This document shows positions 1 to 9,765 of a stretch of DNA of 64,000 nt, piece after piece. Each line of letters starts with the position of its first letter. Positions within the stretch are counted from its first letter, which is position 1. This DNA comes from a virus: positions 1 to 64,000 of the IMG/VR virus record IMGVR_UViG_3300012922_000007; one strand, written 5' to 3'. The notes under the pieces are model-generated. The model did not search any database, was not told where the DNA came from, and was given only the letters and a program-made list of their open reading frames with translations. A program made the translations under genes and the position numbers.

Positions 1-729
1 CGATTCGAGGTAAAGTTCAATCTGTGCAGTAGACCCGGCTCTAGCTGCCGTAGCCGTCTGTTCCGGCTTCATACCATGCCGCAACTCATACCAACGTTCG
101 TTGGCAGCAGCAGGGTCGGTCTTATACAGATCGTTAATCTCTTGAGCTTCTTGAGCAGTAAGCTGTCGTCCAGAAGCTGTAATACGAGCCGGAGGATTAG
201 GATCAACCTCAGTCGTATTAGTGCCAAGGCGTTCGGCCTTGGCCATCTGATGAATCTTCTTAGTTGCATTGACCTTGCCTACGGCAATTCGCTGCAACAG
301 TTCGGTCTCATCTTTACCGTAGAAATATTCGGGATTAGCCCCGGTGTTGCTATCCAACGTCGCTCGGAGGCCCTTACGAGTCTGCTCGAAGGTAATTGAC
401 GCGCCATCCTGAAGATCAAGGACCTTAGGATAAACCGAGGAAACTTCCTCGACCGGAGGCGCAGCCGGAGCACCTGAAGGATCTGCATGAACGATTTCAG
501 ATTCGTGCTCAATCTGCGTCATGGGATCAACAAAGGTCACTACGTCTCGACCGGCCTTGGCTTGGCGGACGCCGCTGAACAATTTGTCCACATCGGCATC
601 AGAAAGGTTATCTAGACCTTGGACAGGAAGGACAGAGCCTTCGGGAAGATCATCTTTTGTGATTCGTGTATCGACGCCTGCAAACTGGTCATCAACCCAG
701 GCGCTGTTATCAATATTAGGCATTTTCAT
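1..729 (-). CDS. Putative capsid scaffolding protein (runs off window start)
   Basis: Not in the ORF track. ATG at 729 follows a GAGGAG RBS and the frame stays open to position 1 (MKMPNIDNSAWVDDQF...). Acidic, Pro/Ala-rich, in the usual position downstream of portal plus a small gene. Confidence 0.5.
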   Translation of the reverse strand, partial: MKMPNIDNSAWVDDQFAGVDTRITKDDLPEGSVLPVQGLDNLSDADVDKLFSGVRQAKAGRDVVTFVDPMTQIEHESEIVHADPSGAPAAPPVEEVSSVYPKVLDLQDGASITFEQTRKGLRATLDSNTGANPEYFYGKDETELLQRIAVGKVNATKKIHQMAKAERLGTNTTEVDPNPPARITASGRQLTAQEAQEINDLYKTDPAAANERWYELRHGMKPEQTATAARAGSTAQIELYLES

Positions 730-759
730 TCTCCTCTAGTAATCCACTAGAACGGTGAT

Positions 760-1146
760 TTATAACATGCTCTCGGGCGGCGCAGGTGATACCTTTCGCA
801 ACCCGTCTTTTACTACATTTGGTGTCTTACGAGCACTATCTACTGCTTTTTGAACATCGTCTACAAGAAGATTACATATTCTAGTCGTAGTATAAGTAAT
901 CGCGTGTTCAGCTAAAATATCTTCTGTATCTTTTGGATCTGTAGCATGAAGTCTTCGAGCGGAGTCTGCTGCATACGAAGCCAGCATTTCCAGGATTACT
1001 CTCCATCCTGGCATACCCACAATTTGTGCCAAGGCCCGACCTTTGTTCCATAGATCTATTTCTGAGAGTTCTTCGGGGTCAAGTTCTTGACCTCGTATAG
1101 CTTCGAGCGTTTGTATTACATTCATCCCTGAATCCTTTGCAGGCAT
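760..1146 (-). CDS. Hypothetical protein (head module)
   Basis: 128-aa ORF with GAGG RBS, between the portal/tRNA and the putative scaffold. Confidence 0.7.
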   Translation of the reverse strand: MPAKDSGMNVIQTLEAIRGQELDPEELSEIDLWNKGRALAQIVGMPGWRVILEMLASYAADSARRLHATDPKDTEDILAEHAITYTTTRICNLLVDDVQKAVDSARKTPNVVKDGLRKVSPAPPESML

Positions 1147-1166
1147 TCTGGACCTCTTTTCTAAAT

Positions 1167-1242
1167 TGGAGCCACCGGGATGATTTGCACACCCGACATC
1201 CGAGGTACAAGCTCGGCGCTCTGCTCACTGAGCTACAGTGGC
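1167..1242 (-). tRNA. tRNA-Thr(UGU)
   Basis: Reverse complement folds into a 76-nt cloverleaf: acceptor GCCACTG/CGGTGGC, D stem GCTC/GAGC, anticodon arm CCGAG-CTTGTAC-CTCGG, T arm GGGTG-TGCAAAT-CATCC, encoded T-CCA end. Confidence 0.9.
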
Positions 1243-3306
1243 TTATTCTGAACTACCGAAACCCTGACCACCAGGTTCACCAGTAATCGCGAACGGCATA
1301 GCAGATTTCTCTAATGATTGGCGGAGAACATCTCTACCCGCCCTTGCAATATTTTCGGCATCAACAAGTTGAAGTTTATTGTTTTGTTGCTGCTGCGTCT
1401 GTTGTGCCTGAACCTGCGCTTTAGCCTGAACCTGTGCTCCAGGCTGCATGGCTTGCCATCTCTGCTGATCTTCCGGACTCATATCCACGATTACGTCGCT
1501 GAAGTTCTTCCAGTCGGAGACCTCGAACAACATACGGAGGACCTCGACCATATCAACTTTCTTACTTTGAATAGCGAGTTGATTTTCAGTCTGCTGGTTC
1601 GTAATGAACTGTATCATGATAGGTAAAGCCTGAGCCATGTTCTTACGAGCGAGAAGCTTAGCACCTGCTGAGATATTGAATCGTACACCGGCATTCAGGA
1701 TCTCGATGATATCGTTTTGACCCTGCATATACGCACTCTGCAACTCATCACTTAGAATGTACTTAATAGTTGCAGTAGGTAGCAACGAACGGTTAAGCTC
1801 GTGGGCTGCGTACAGGAAAGGAATAATAACCTGATTAGCAAGTTTCTCGACAAAGTCTGAGATCCGGTTGCCCTGACCACCGGAGAGCAGGTTCGCTCCT
1901 GCGGCGGTTCGGGCAAGATTCGAGTGTCCGCTTGATCCAGCGAACCCGGTTGCAGACTCGCCTAGTGCGGCGAATTGCTCGACTCTATTCTGAGATAACT
2001 GAAGGTGTTCACCGGCTTCTGGGACAGCGGGCTGACGTTCGAGGGGAGCAAAGTCGCCCTTAGCATCGACCTCGACTATCTTACCGGGAGAAATACGAAT
2101 ACTCTGTGTAGGAACGCTCTTGCCCTTGACTCGAATATAAACACCATTCAGGTTCAAGGTCGCTTGATCGATCCAGGTATTCGTGATACCCTGTTGCAGT
2201 CTTTGTTCCGGGCCAATGACCTTGCCTAGACCAAGACTCCAGAAAGCTTCTGGAACATCCCACCAACCTACGGACAAAAACGGGATTACGCCGTAGGGAT
2301 TATTATCGTTACAAATAACTAATTTCTTGTTGAGGACAACGATATAACTATCCGGGGTCCATCGCTCTAGAACTTCGAGAGGCTGGTCAAACGGATCAAT
2401 AGTCGTGTCCTCGTAGCGCATAGTTGCTCGTGCGTCCCACAATGGGTTACGCAACATGTTCTCTTGAGCAGCCTGCTCTACGGGTTCCTTAGGAGGAAGG
2501 AACAATTCGAGTAGTTCGCCTCGACTAGGAATCTCAAAGCCAGGACGTTCTCTAAGTTTATCGAGATCATTCCACGTAAGGTAAAGACGATGGATAACAT
2601 ACTTAGCCTTACGAATATCCGGAACCTGGAGACCTGGATCGATCATAACATGTCTCATACTGACGATATGTTCGAACGTCGGGCGGTCTACATATTCTTC
2701 GACAATCTCCTCGTCTATCTGATCGTCGTCAGGATGAATCGTAACACTACCACTGCTTACCTGGACTTGGGTAGTGTTGTCTTTACGTTTATAGACCTTG
2801 CGTTCACGAGTGAAAGTCTCCCATCCCCACTTCCAGATAGAAGTACCAAATAGGACAGCGTTGATAGTACCGAGGCGAATCTCTTCTTTAAAATTGATGT
2901 CTTGAAGCTGATAGTCTAGAAGATCGCCAATCGCATCGGCTACAATCTTTTTTGTCCCCGGACGATTCTGTGTCATGAACGGAGGATTGTCATAAAACAA
3001 TCCGTTCACGATCTGAGGAGTTATAGCATTAACCGCGTGTGCCACAGTGAAGAAAGGAACATTGGCTTTCTCAGTCTGCGTACCTTCCCAGTAGCGGGCA
3101 GTATAGGGGGATTGATAGAGCGTGTTAGCAGAAACCCAGCCTAAGACGAATTGTTTCGAACTTTCGAAAGATTCTGCTCTAATAGTATCTTGTAATACAA
3201 GGCGCAAAGCAGCGTCATCTTCCCACAGACCAGTAGCAAGAACATGTTTTGCTTGGTCAGGAGTTACTGGTCCATACGCATCAAATCCGGGGCGTTCGAG
3301 CAACAT
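1243..3306 (-). CDS. Portal protein
   Basis: 687 aa, downstream of TerL. Has portal-like segments (AVLFGTSIWKWGW, NPYGVIPF, GLGKVIGPEQ, RTAAGANLL) and a Gln-rich C-terminal tail. Confidence 0.85.
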   Translation of the reverse strand: MLLERPGFDAYGPVTPDQAKHVLATGLWEDDAALRLVLQDTIRAESFESSKQFVLGWVSANTLYQSPYTARYWEGTQTEKANVPFFTVAHAVNAITPQIVNGLFYDNPPFMTQNRPGTKKIVADAIGDLLDYQLQDINFKEEIRLGTINAVLFGTSIWKWGWETFTRERKVYKRKDNTTQVQVSSGSVTIHPDDDQIDEEIVEEYVDRPTFEHIVSMRHVMIDPGLQVPDIRKAKYVIHRLYLTWNDLDKLRERPGFEIPSRGELLELFLPPKEPVEQAAQENMLRNPLWDARATMRYEDTTIDPFDQPLEVLERWTPDSYIVVLNKKLVICNDNNPYGVIPFLSVGWWDVPEAFWSLGLGKVIGPEQRLQQGITNTWIDQATLNLNGVYIRVKGKSVPTQSIRISPGKIVEVDAKGDFAPLERQPAVPEAGEHLQLSQNRVEQFAALGESATGFAGSSGHSNLARTAAGANLLSGGQGNRISDFVEKLANQVIIPFLYAAHELNRSLLPTATIKYILSDELQSAYMQGQNDIIEILNAGVRFNISAGAKLLARKNMAQALPIMIQFITNQQTENQLAIQSKKVDMVEVLRMLFEVSDWKNFSDVIVDMSPEDQQRWQAMQPGAQVQAKAQVQAQQTQQQQNNKLQLVDAENIARAGRDVLRQSLEKSAMPFAITGEPGGQGFGSSE

Positions 3307-4141
3307 TTGACGTAGGCCCCTTTTCCTTAAATCTATGAATAGGGCGAATAGTCGCTCCCATTGTTTTAAGACGCTTCCATACTGTAGTTTGATTAGTATT
3401 CAAAATCTTGCCAATATCGGTTGTGCTGTAACCAGTTTGATACAATTTCAAAATTTCTTCGTTAGATAAATCTTTTCTGAAGAAAGGGTTATTTTCTCCA
3501 GTATAGTTTCTATTCTTTGTTACTTCTTTCATCTTCTCTAGAGTTTCGGGAGAAGCTTTCTTTCCCAAACGACCTTGTCTGTTTTTCTCTCGCCGCTCGT
3601 CAGTCATTACTGATTTGCCAACAGGACGACGACCAATCCCTGCTTTATCTAATCGTTTAATAATGGTTCGGCTTGAGCAGTTTAATTCTTTACAAATTTG
3701 TGGCAAACTCATACCACTAATATACATCAGAACAATCTGGAAAGTATTGAGGTCATCCCTTGTTTTGGAATGCTTAAAACTTGGATCGTTCATTGCTATA
3801 CGAACGCTCTTACTTCTCTTGGCTCGAACTTCTGGACTAAGACCTCGTCTACCGTCCCCACCCTCGGTCATTACATATCCGGAATCCGGATTGTTAGCTT
3901 TGAGGGCAGAGATCCACATCCATTCAAGGTATGCGGCATCTTCTGACGATTCGGTTGTATCAACGGTTTGAATATAGAAGTTCTCCAAACCATCTTTACG
4001 CATCGCTCTATATAAATACTGGTCAGTTCCTTTTGCCGCGTCTCGTTGGTGTTGGTTCCAACGACGAGCAATACCTTGACAAGTCTGGCCTACGTAACGC
4101 TTATCGTTTAAGCGATTAGTAATTACGTAGATCTCGAACAT
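3281..4141 (-). CDS. GIY-YIG homing endonuclease with NUMOD3/HTH repeats
   Basis: N-terminal EIYVITN...YVGQT...RW..H, plus GENNPFF and HTH-like C-terminal repeats. Overlaps the portal start. Confidence 0.9.
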   Translation of the reverse strand: MFEIYVITNRLNDKRYVGQTCQGIARRWNQHQRDAAKGTDQYLYRAMRKDGLENFYIQTVDTTESSEDAAYLEWMWISALKANNPDSGYVMTEGGDGRRGLSPEVRAKRSKSVRIAMNDPSFKHSKTRDDLNTFQIVLMYISGMSLPQICKELNCSSRTIIKRLDKAGIGRRPVGKSVMTDERREKNRQGRLGKKASPETLEKMKEVTKNRNYTGENNPFFRKDLSNEEILKLYQTGYSTTDIGKILNTNQTTVWKRLKTMGATIRPIHRFKEKGPTSNVARTPRI

Positions 4142-4605
4142 TAAGCGTTCTCGACGCCGACAGAAGCCGAACCAACGCCCTTGGTCTTAACACCAGGACT
4201 CGGCTTACCTTTGCCCTCGGGAATATGAACGTTCATGTCTGCGACAGAACCAACAGGAGAAACACGTTCCTCGTAACCATCCATCTTTCCAGTAACGAGG
4301 TTAACTGAATTTCCAAAACTTGGCGAATCGGCAGAGCTATTAGACTCGCCTCGATTTGTTTCGACGGTCCAAGTTGTCCCACCTTTGCCCCAGACGCTGG
4401 GAGTCTGATCGCCAGAGTCTTCGAGGTTGCGATTGCCGCAAGGCGCTTCGGCAAGCTCATTATGACCTTGAGCGAAACCATGTTCTTTACCAGCCGGGAT
4501 AAGGTCGGAGCCTTTTCCCGTAACTGGAAAATCTTCTCCACGAATGTAATAATTATCGACCTGAGTTATCGATTGATCAATTAGCTTATTTTTCTCGTCT
4601 GACAT
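4141..4605 (-). CDS. Hypothetical protein
   Basis: 154 aa with AAGGA RBS; its stop overlaps the next start. Confidence 0.65.
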   Translation of the reverse strand: MSDEKNKLIDQSITQVDNYYIRGEDFPVTGKGSDLIPAGKEHGFAQGHNELAEAPCGNRNLEDSGDQTPSVWGKGGTTWTVETNRGESNSSADSPSFGNSVNLVTGKMDGYEERVSPVGSVADMNVHIPEGKGKPSPGVKTKGVGSASVGVENA

Positions 4606-4626
4606 TTTATATCCTTTATAATTCTT

Positions 4627-6630
4627 TTACCAATCTATCATGCTACCAAGCCCATCCGAAAATTGATTATTTCGAGGCGCTGGTTCTGGTTCCGAAGGTT
4701 TGACCTCAACCAAAGGCTGAGGCACTTCACCGAATCCTAGTCTTCCGAAGGCATCTGCAGGTAATTCCGAGTCCGACAACCAGGGTCCGAACATGAGGTT
4801 ATACTCAGCTTGTGCTCGACTATTCGGCATCGGTGTCATCTGAGGACCGAAGTTCTTTGCCCCCGGTAGTCCAGATGCGGACAACATCCGATTCATTCGT
4901 GGCGCATACGTAAGCTGCCTACTGATAGAATCTGGAATGTCATTCTTAGTCTGTTTATGAAGCAAGCACTTCTGGAACTCAGAATACAGTTCTTTCAGAT
5001 ACGGTAGATGAGCCACAAAGCGAAGTTTGCTCTCAAAAAGATACGGATGAAGTGCCGCCATCCTCGTCTGTTTCGCGCCGTCTTCTTTAGTGGGCTTTAT
5101 CCAGTCGATTTTGCTGCAAACTGCAATAGTAGCCGGGTCCCCTGTCTTGAGAGCCTCGGATATAATCGTCGGTTCAATGAGATCGCTTCCAGCAGCGTTC
5201 TCGATTCCTATAACAAAAGGACGCCACTTGCGGGCGCACGAGACGACGGCTTTAGCGAGGTCAAGTGGTGTGAACCTCTGGCGGATAAGATCTATTACAA
5301 CCATCCCGCCTTTTTCATCCCAGACTACGGTGGAGCAGACACAGAAATCTCTGTCTTTCTTTCGACTAAAGGCAAAGTCCCAGGTCTGAGAAATTGGCCC
5401 TCGCATTGGCATTTCGCTAATCGGAATCGTATTTCTCTGAAGCAAGGGCAAATCAAACGCTGTAGCAGTCTGAATACGGGGGTTCTGATTATATTGACCC
5501 TCCATGATGAATTCATCATCACGCCATTCCATAAGCAACTTAGAATAATCTAACAGCTTAGGAAGAAGAAAGTCACAACCTTCTGGCCCTGCTTCTATAT
5601 AACTTACTTGTCGTCCTTCATCTTCAATTCTTTTCTTGACCTCGGGCTTAATTACAATAGCCCTAGCAATCATGAAAGAAGTCTTAAGCGAGGTATTAGT
5701 AATTATTTCTACGCAAGGACCATCGGTAGTAATTGTTACATCCCCGATATTTAGTTTCTCGATATCGATACCGTACATATCGTCATCGAGATAGCGAGTC
5801 CCTACTTTATATACATAACCCCACGGACGAAGTGTCTTTTTATTAATTCCAAAGTCTTTTGAAATCTTGGCACATTGTTCTACTGATGTAGCGTTATCAT
5901 TTGAAACTACGTCGTCTGCAATCATTACTTCATAGTGACGACCAGAAATATTAGCACCAATAGAAATAGCATTTACAGTGCTTTCTTTTCTCTTTGTGCC
6001 GGGATTCTTATTGTACCATTTTGGACAACGATAGCCCTGAGAGGCTACGAAATCCTCGTCTGATACACACCACTCTGGAAAGAACAGATTCATCAGAGTA
6101 GGCGTTTCTTCTCGCAACACAAAATGAGCTTTAAGCTCTTCGACTAGACCGAAAGCCAAAGGGTCAGTAGCAGTAATAAAACAAATACGAATATGAGGAA
6201 AATTTAATATCCATTGAACTGCTTCAACAATGGTTAGCGTGCTCTTTATTCCACCACGAGGCCACAACAATCCTCGTGTTTTAATATCCTTATCTTGATC
6301 GGCTAGAGCTTTTGTCTTGTCTTTCTGGACATAGAACTTGGCTATTCTACCGTGTGTATCTTCTCTAAGCGCGTTGTTTATATGCGGTTGACCCGCGCCT
6401 TCTGGATTTGTTTCCCAGCAGAACCACCCGGCCAACCACAAAACATCTTGCTCACAACGTCGGATTACTTCTTGCCCAAGAGAACTTGAAGAAAGAGCCT
6501 CAAATCCATTCTGTTGGACAAACTCGGTATATTGATCTCGGTTCTCTAAGAGCAGACTATAGAGCCGGTCATTAGGAACTTCGCGCAGAGTCCGGAATTC
6601 GGACAAGAGACTCTCGATTGTATCGGGCAC
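4627..6630 (-). CDS. terL: Terminase large subunit
   Basis: Walker A-like WPRGGIKST, Walker B VMIADD, GTRY coupling motif, RNase H-like nuclease WDFAFS...DF...IENAAG...DIPDS. Confidence 0.9.
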   Translation of the reverse strand: MPDTIESLLSEFRTLREVPNDRLYSLLLENRDQYTEFVQQNGFEALSSSSLGQEVIRRCEQDVLWLAGWFCWETNPEGAGQPHINNALREDTHGRIAKFYVQKDKTKALADQDKDIKTRGLLWPRGGIKSTLTIVEAVQWILNFPHIRICFITATDPLAFGLVEELKAHFVLREETPTLMNLFFPEWCVSDEDFVASQGYRCPKWYNKNPGTKRKESTVNAISIGANISGRHYEVMIADDVVSNDNATSVEQCAKISKDFGINKKTLRPWGYVYKVGTRYLDDDMYGIDIEKLNIGDVTITTDGPCVEIITNTSLKTSFMIARAIVIKPEVKKRIEDEGRQVSYIEAGPEGCDFLLPKLLDYSKLLMEWRDDEFIMEGQYNQNPRIQTATAFDLPLLQRNTIPISEMPMRGPISQTWDFAFSRKKDRDFCVCSTVVWDEKGGMVVIDLIRQRFTPLDLAKAVVSCARKWRPFVIGIENAAGSDLIEPTIISEALKTGDPATIAVCSKIDWIKPTKEDGAKQTRMAALHPYLFESKLRFVAHLPYLKELYSEFQKCLLHKQTKNDIPDSISRQLTYAPRMNRMLSASGLPGAKNFGPQMTPMPNSRAQAEYNLMFGPWLSDSELPADAFGRLGFGEVPQPLVEVKPSEPEPAPRNNQFSDGLGSMIDW

Positions 6631-7138
6631 TGTTGATGTACTCCGTGGCTTTATTCGCCCATTGTCGGTCTTTATCCAATCTCTCTAAAGAACGATTACA
6701 ATTAATACACAGAAGTCCGCGAACACACTTACCACAAGTTAGTTTTCCCGGACAACAGTTGTGGTCGTGATCAACACGAAGACTATTGTTTCCGCTCGGA
6801 CTCTCTCGGCATATGGCGCACCGTCCATCTTGTTTCTTAAGAAGAATTAGAAAATCTTCGGGAGAAAGTTTGTATTTCAAAAATCTCTGATAATCTGCAG
6901 AGTATTGTTTTGCATTAGCCCAAGGAATAGACGGGGAGGAGCCATTTAAAACGCCTTTACCGGGTCCAAAACCTCCGCATACACATTTTACTCTATAGGG
7001 TTTAAGACAGCCGCATCTTTTACAAAGAACTAATTTTCTTTGCCCTTTGTTAACAGGTTCCCGGCCTTTAAGAGATTGGCTAATTTTTATTTTTGTTTCT
7101 TCCCGCATCGGTTTGCGAGCATACATACCTTTAGGCAT
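6572..7138 (-). CDS. Endonuclease VII-family homing endonuclease
   Basis: QDGRCAIC...LRVDHDHNCC...CGKCVRGLLCINCN, with a NUMOD3-like N-terminus. Overlaps the terL start by 59 nt. Confidence 0.9.
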   Translation of the reverse strand: MPKGMYARKPMREETKIKISQSLKGREPVNKGQRKLVLCKRCGCLKPYRVKCVCGGFGPGKGVLNGSSPSIPWANAKQYSADYQRFLKYKLSPEDFLILLKKQDGRCAICRESPSGNNSLRVDHDHNCCPGKLTCGKCVRGLLCINCNRSLERLDKDRQWANKATEYINSARYNRESLVRIPDSARSS

Positions 7139-7212
7139 TTTTTCTCCACGAAAGATCGGATAGGCGGTGTTCGTGGCACCGCCAACCCTACTCAGGGTAA
7201 TTAGTCCTGAGA
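7139..7212 (-). promoter_or_regulatory. Hairpin plus H-type pseudoknot leader overlapping the RBS of the EndoVII gene
   Basis: Reverse complement reads CTCAGG-N9-CCTGAG, then GGCGGTG-CCACGAA-CACCGCC. The loop CCACGAA is exactly complementary to downstream TTCGTGG, which overlaps the GGAG RBS. Confidence 0.6.
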
Positions 7213-7216
7213 TTAT

Positions 7217-7426
7217 TTAAATTTTGTCTTGCTGTAATTCAGGATTAACAGGAACCGACCCTTTGGCCGCTCCGCTCGTTAATTTTTGTATAGCTCCTTG
7301 AACTTGTTCCGTTGTGCCGGAAACTTTCAGTTTAACCTTAACTGACTTCTTCTTCGAGGACTTTTTCTTTCCTGGTTTTGTCCTTGGACCCTTACGTCTA
7401 CCACCAAGCATCATGCCGACTTTCAT
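7217..7426 (-). CDS. Small basic hypothetical protein
   Basis: Lys-rich 69-aa ORF with ATGA overlap to the upstream gene. Confidence 0.6.
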   Translation of the reverse strand: MKVGMMLGGRRKGPRTKPGKKKSSKKKSVKVKLKVSGTTEQVQGAIQKLTSGAAKGSVPVNPELQQDKI

Positions 7427-7713
7427 TCTTCGTCCTCGTCTTTCCGGCCAACGCGCTCAACATATTCACAGCAGCCTTCAGGATCTACAACAACTCGCTT
7501 ATCTTCAGTTCGTGGTTCTTTCGACCACTTCATCATATCTTTTTGACCACACGAGTTATCGGACTTTTGAAAGTAAGAGCAGTTTTCGCATTCGAATTCT
7601 CCGAGGTCGTTTTCAGCCTCGTACCCAGTACCCGGCTCTCCATGAACCGATGCGGAGTTGATCTGGATTAGTTTCTTTTTGTTCTTTCCACCAAGGGTGT
7701 TTTTTACCGCCAC
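7423..7713 (-). CDS. Small Cys-containing protein (HiPIP-like Cys spacing)
   Basis: CENCSYF...C...VDPEGCCEY; translationally coupled to its neighbours. Confidence 0.5.
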   Translation of the reverse strand: MAVKNTLGGKNKKKLIQINSASVHGEPGTGYEAENDLGEFECENCSYFQKSDNSCGQKDMMKWSKEPRTEDKRVVVDPEGCCEYVERVGRKDEDEE

Positions 7714-8159
7714 TATTTTAGACCTTTTCTTCGGGCAGTATCGAGGGCGATTGCAACTGCTTGTTTCTGACTTGTTACCTTGGGGCCTTTCTTACTACCA
7801 GAATGAAGTGTTCCAGCCTTCCATTCATCCATGGTCCGTTTAATCTTCTTCTTAGCTTTAGCACTCTTTGGTGCTTTCTTTTTACCACCGAGGTTAAGTC
7901 CACCAGCACGATAATGTTTTGCCTCGTCTTTATTCAAGACGGCTTCATCTTTGTGAAGCTTTGCCATCCCTGTCTTAGAAACTCTCTTGGTTCCTTTCTT
8001 ATACGAGGGTGGTTTTCCGCCCGAAGGCGCTCCGCCGCTAGGATGCTTGGCATCCGCATCGGCTTGCTCTTTATCACCAATCTCTCCGAGGATAGCGCCA
8101 CCTAGACCACTAAGAGCGCCGCCCTGAAGCATTCGACCTATAAATTTTCCGACTCCCAT
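7713..8159 (-). CDS. Basic protein with a DUF6496-like C-terminus
   Basis: C-terminal MDEWKAGTLHSGSKKGPKVTSQKQAVAIAL. Also carries one copy of the SY..G...V...G.A.LH..E.V motif. Confidence 0.65.
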   Translation of the reverse strand: MGVGKFIGRMLQGGALSGLGGAILGEIGDKEQADADAKHPSGGAPSGGKPPSYKKGTKRVSKTGMAKLHKDEAVLNKDEAKHYRAGGLNLGGKKKAPKSAKAKKKIKRTMDEWKAGTLHSGSKKGPKVTSQKQAVAIALDTARRKGLK

Positions 8160-9421
8160 TAGACTTTCCCCGGATCTCTTGTAGCTACTTTGGGATCATT
8201 CCTCCAACGACCACCCTCGCCAACACCACTCTTGCGAATTGCATTTATTTCTTCACGAGTTTGTTTTTTCGTTGGACGATCTTTCTTTGGGTCTCCGGCG
8301 AATGGAGCAAAAGATTTTGGCTTTTGTTTCCCACCAATCGTAATGGCCGGATTCTGGATAACTTTATTAGCCTGATCTTTAGGGACAACAACTTCGCCCT
8401 CGTGTACTTGAGCCTGACCGCTCTTTTCAACTACTCCGCCATCCTCGAAACTAGAAGGCGAGGCCATCTGAGTTCCAGGGCCGCCTTCGGAACTTCCAGG
8501 CACATCGAAGTGCGGGGCCATACTCTCTGCAGCGCTATTAAAATCTGGGTGATGGTGCATTTCACTCTTACCGCCGTCGAAATGATGTTCGAGGACAACG
8601 CCGCCATTCGCAGATTTATGAACCGTAATCTTATGTGACTTCTTCTTGGAACCCTTCTTAGCGGCTAGTTTCTTCTTTCCTCCCATAGCACCCTTCATTC
8701 GAGTTTCAGGTTTGGCTTCGGAATCCGGATTCTGGACTTCCGGGACAACCTTCTCGCCTTCATGAAGCATCGCAGGGCCATCTTCAGGAACGCTTTCGAC
8801 ACCGTCCTCGTACGAAGGCAGCTTCTTAGTCATTCCAGAAACGTCGATTCGCTGTTCACCGGGTCTGCTACCATACGGCTTAGAACCGACTCGGTCTTTA
8901 GGAGACTTAGCGGCAGGCTTTGGTTCTGACGCAGGAGTCTGCATCGAACTCTGGTACTCGTCAATATTTGCTTGCTTAACTGCGAGGTCTTGGGCCTGAT
9001 CCTCGGGAGCCTGAACACCTGTAGCTCGACCCGCACTTCCAAGAGCAGACGCTACTTTACTAACTTTATCTGATGCCATATTCTTATCTTTAGAAACTAC
9101 TTTTTCGCCCTTGTGAAGAATAGCAGGACCGGACTCAGGCACGTAATCAGTGCCTTGCTCATATGACGGAATCTTGTGCTCCGAAGATTCTTTATACCAA
9201 TCTTTTGGAGGTTCTGAGGTTTTAATTTTGGGGGTTGGGCCGGGACTGAAGTCTACATTCTCTTCTTCATTCTTTGACCTCGGAAGAAGGAAAGTTTTAG
9301 CAACGCCCTTGGCTACAGGAGTATAAGTTTTTATATCCGAGGCTAAGGACCGAAGACCTCGTCCTAGCTTCTCGACGCCACTCTCTTTATCTGGCATATC
9401 AGACTCGGTAGTATATTTCAA
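8159..9421 (-). CDS. Low-complexity protein with three SY/FE.G...V...GPA.LH.GE.VV repeats (putative virion/internal protein)
   Basis: Three internal repeats are visible in the translation, separated by disordered linkers; lies in the head/packaging operon. Confidence 0.6.
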   Translation of the reverse strand: MKYTTESDMPDKESGVEKLGRGLRSLASDIKTYTPVAKGVAKTFLLPRSKNEEENVDFSPGPTPKIKTSEPPKDWYKESSEHKIPSYEQGTDYVPESGPAILHKGEKVVSKDKNMASDKVSKVASALGSAGRATGVQAPEDQAQDLAVKQANIDEYQSSMQTPASEPKPAAKSPKDRVGSKPYGSRPGEQRIDVSGMTKKLPSYEDGVESVPEDGPAMLHEGEKVVPEVQNPDSEAKPETRMKGAMGGKKKLAAKKGSKKKSHKITVHKSANGGVVLEHHFDGGKSEMHHHPDFNSAAESMAPHFDVPGSSEGGPGTQMASPSSFEDGGVVEKSGQAQVHEGEVVVPKDQANKVIQNPAITIGGKQKPKSFAPFAGDPKKDRPTKKQTREEINAIRKSGVGEGGRWRNDPKVATRDPGKV

Positions 9422-9758
9422 GGACGGCAGCAGCAGCGGTTACACCTGTAACAATAAAATCAGCCCAACCGGGGGGAGCACCTTCGAAATCAAATTCCAT
9501 TGGAGTGTTCGCAACGGTCGCGCCCACAACAATCTGCCACAATACAACGCCGGTAGTAGCCGCAGACGTAACCTGATTAATTTTAATCAACCCTGCAGTA
9601 TAGGCAGTTGCTAGAGGAGTAACAACAATCTTAACCGGACGGATACCGATCCCACCTGTAAACGCCTTGCCACCGCTCGCTCCGCGCCAATTAGTTCCGC
9701 CAACGACAGTAGTGTCCGTATCTATATAAATTGGATTGCTGGAAAAGACGTTCGCCAT
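9399..9758 (-). CDS. Putative virion structural protein
   Basis: Thr/Gly/Val-rich, beta-type composition, in the structural arm. Confidence 0.5.
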   Translation of the reverse strand: MANVFSSNPIYIDTDTTVVGGTNWRGASGGKAFTGGIGIRPVKIVVTPLATAYTAGLIKINQVTSAATTGVVLWQIVVGATVANTPMEFDFEGAPPGWADFIVTGVTAAAAVLEIYYRV

Positions 9759-9765
9759 TTAGAAC

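Noticed and set aside
1147-1166. tRNA-associated theta (HDV-like) ribozyme
   Set aside because: Only 20 nt separate the CCA from the next start codon.
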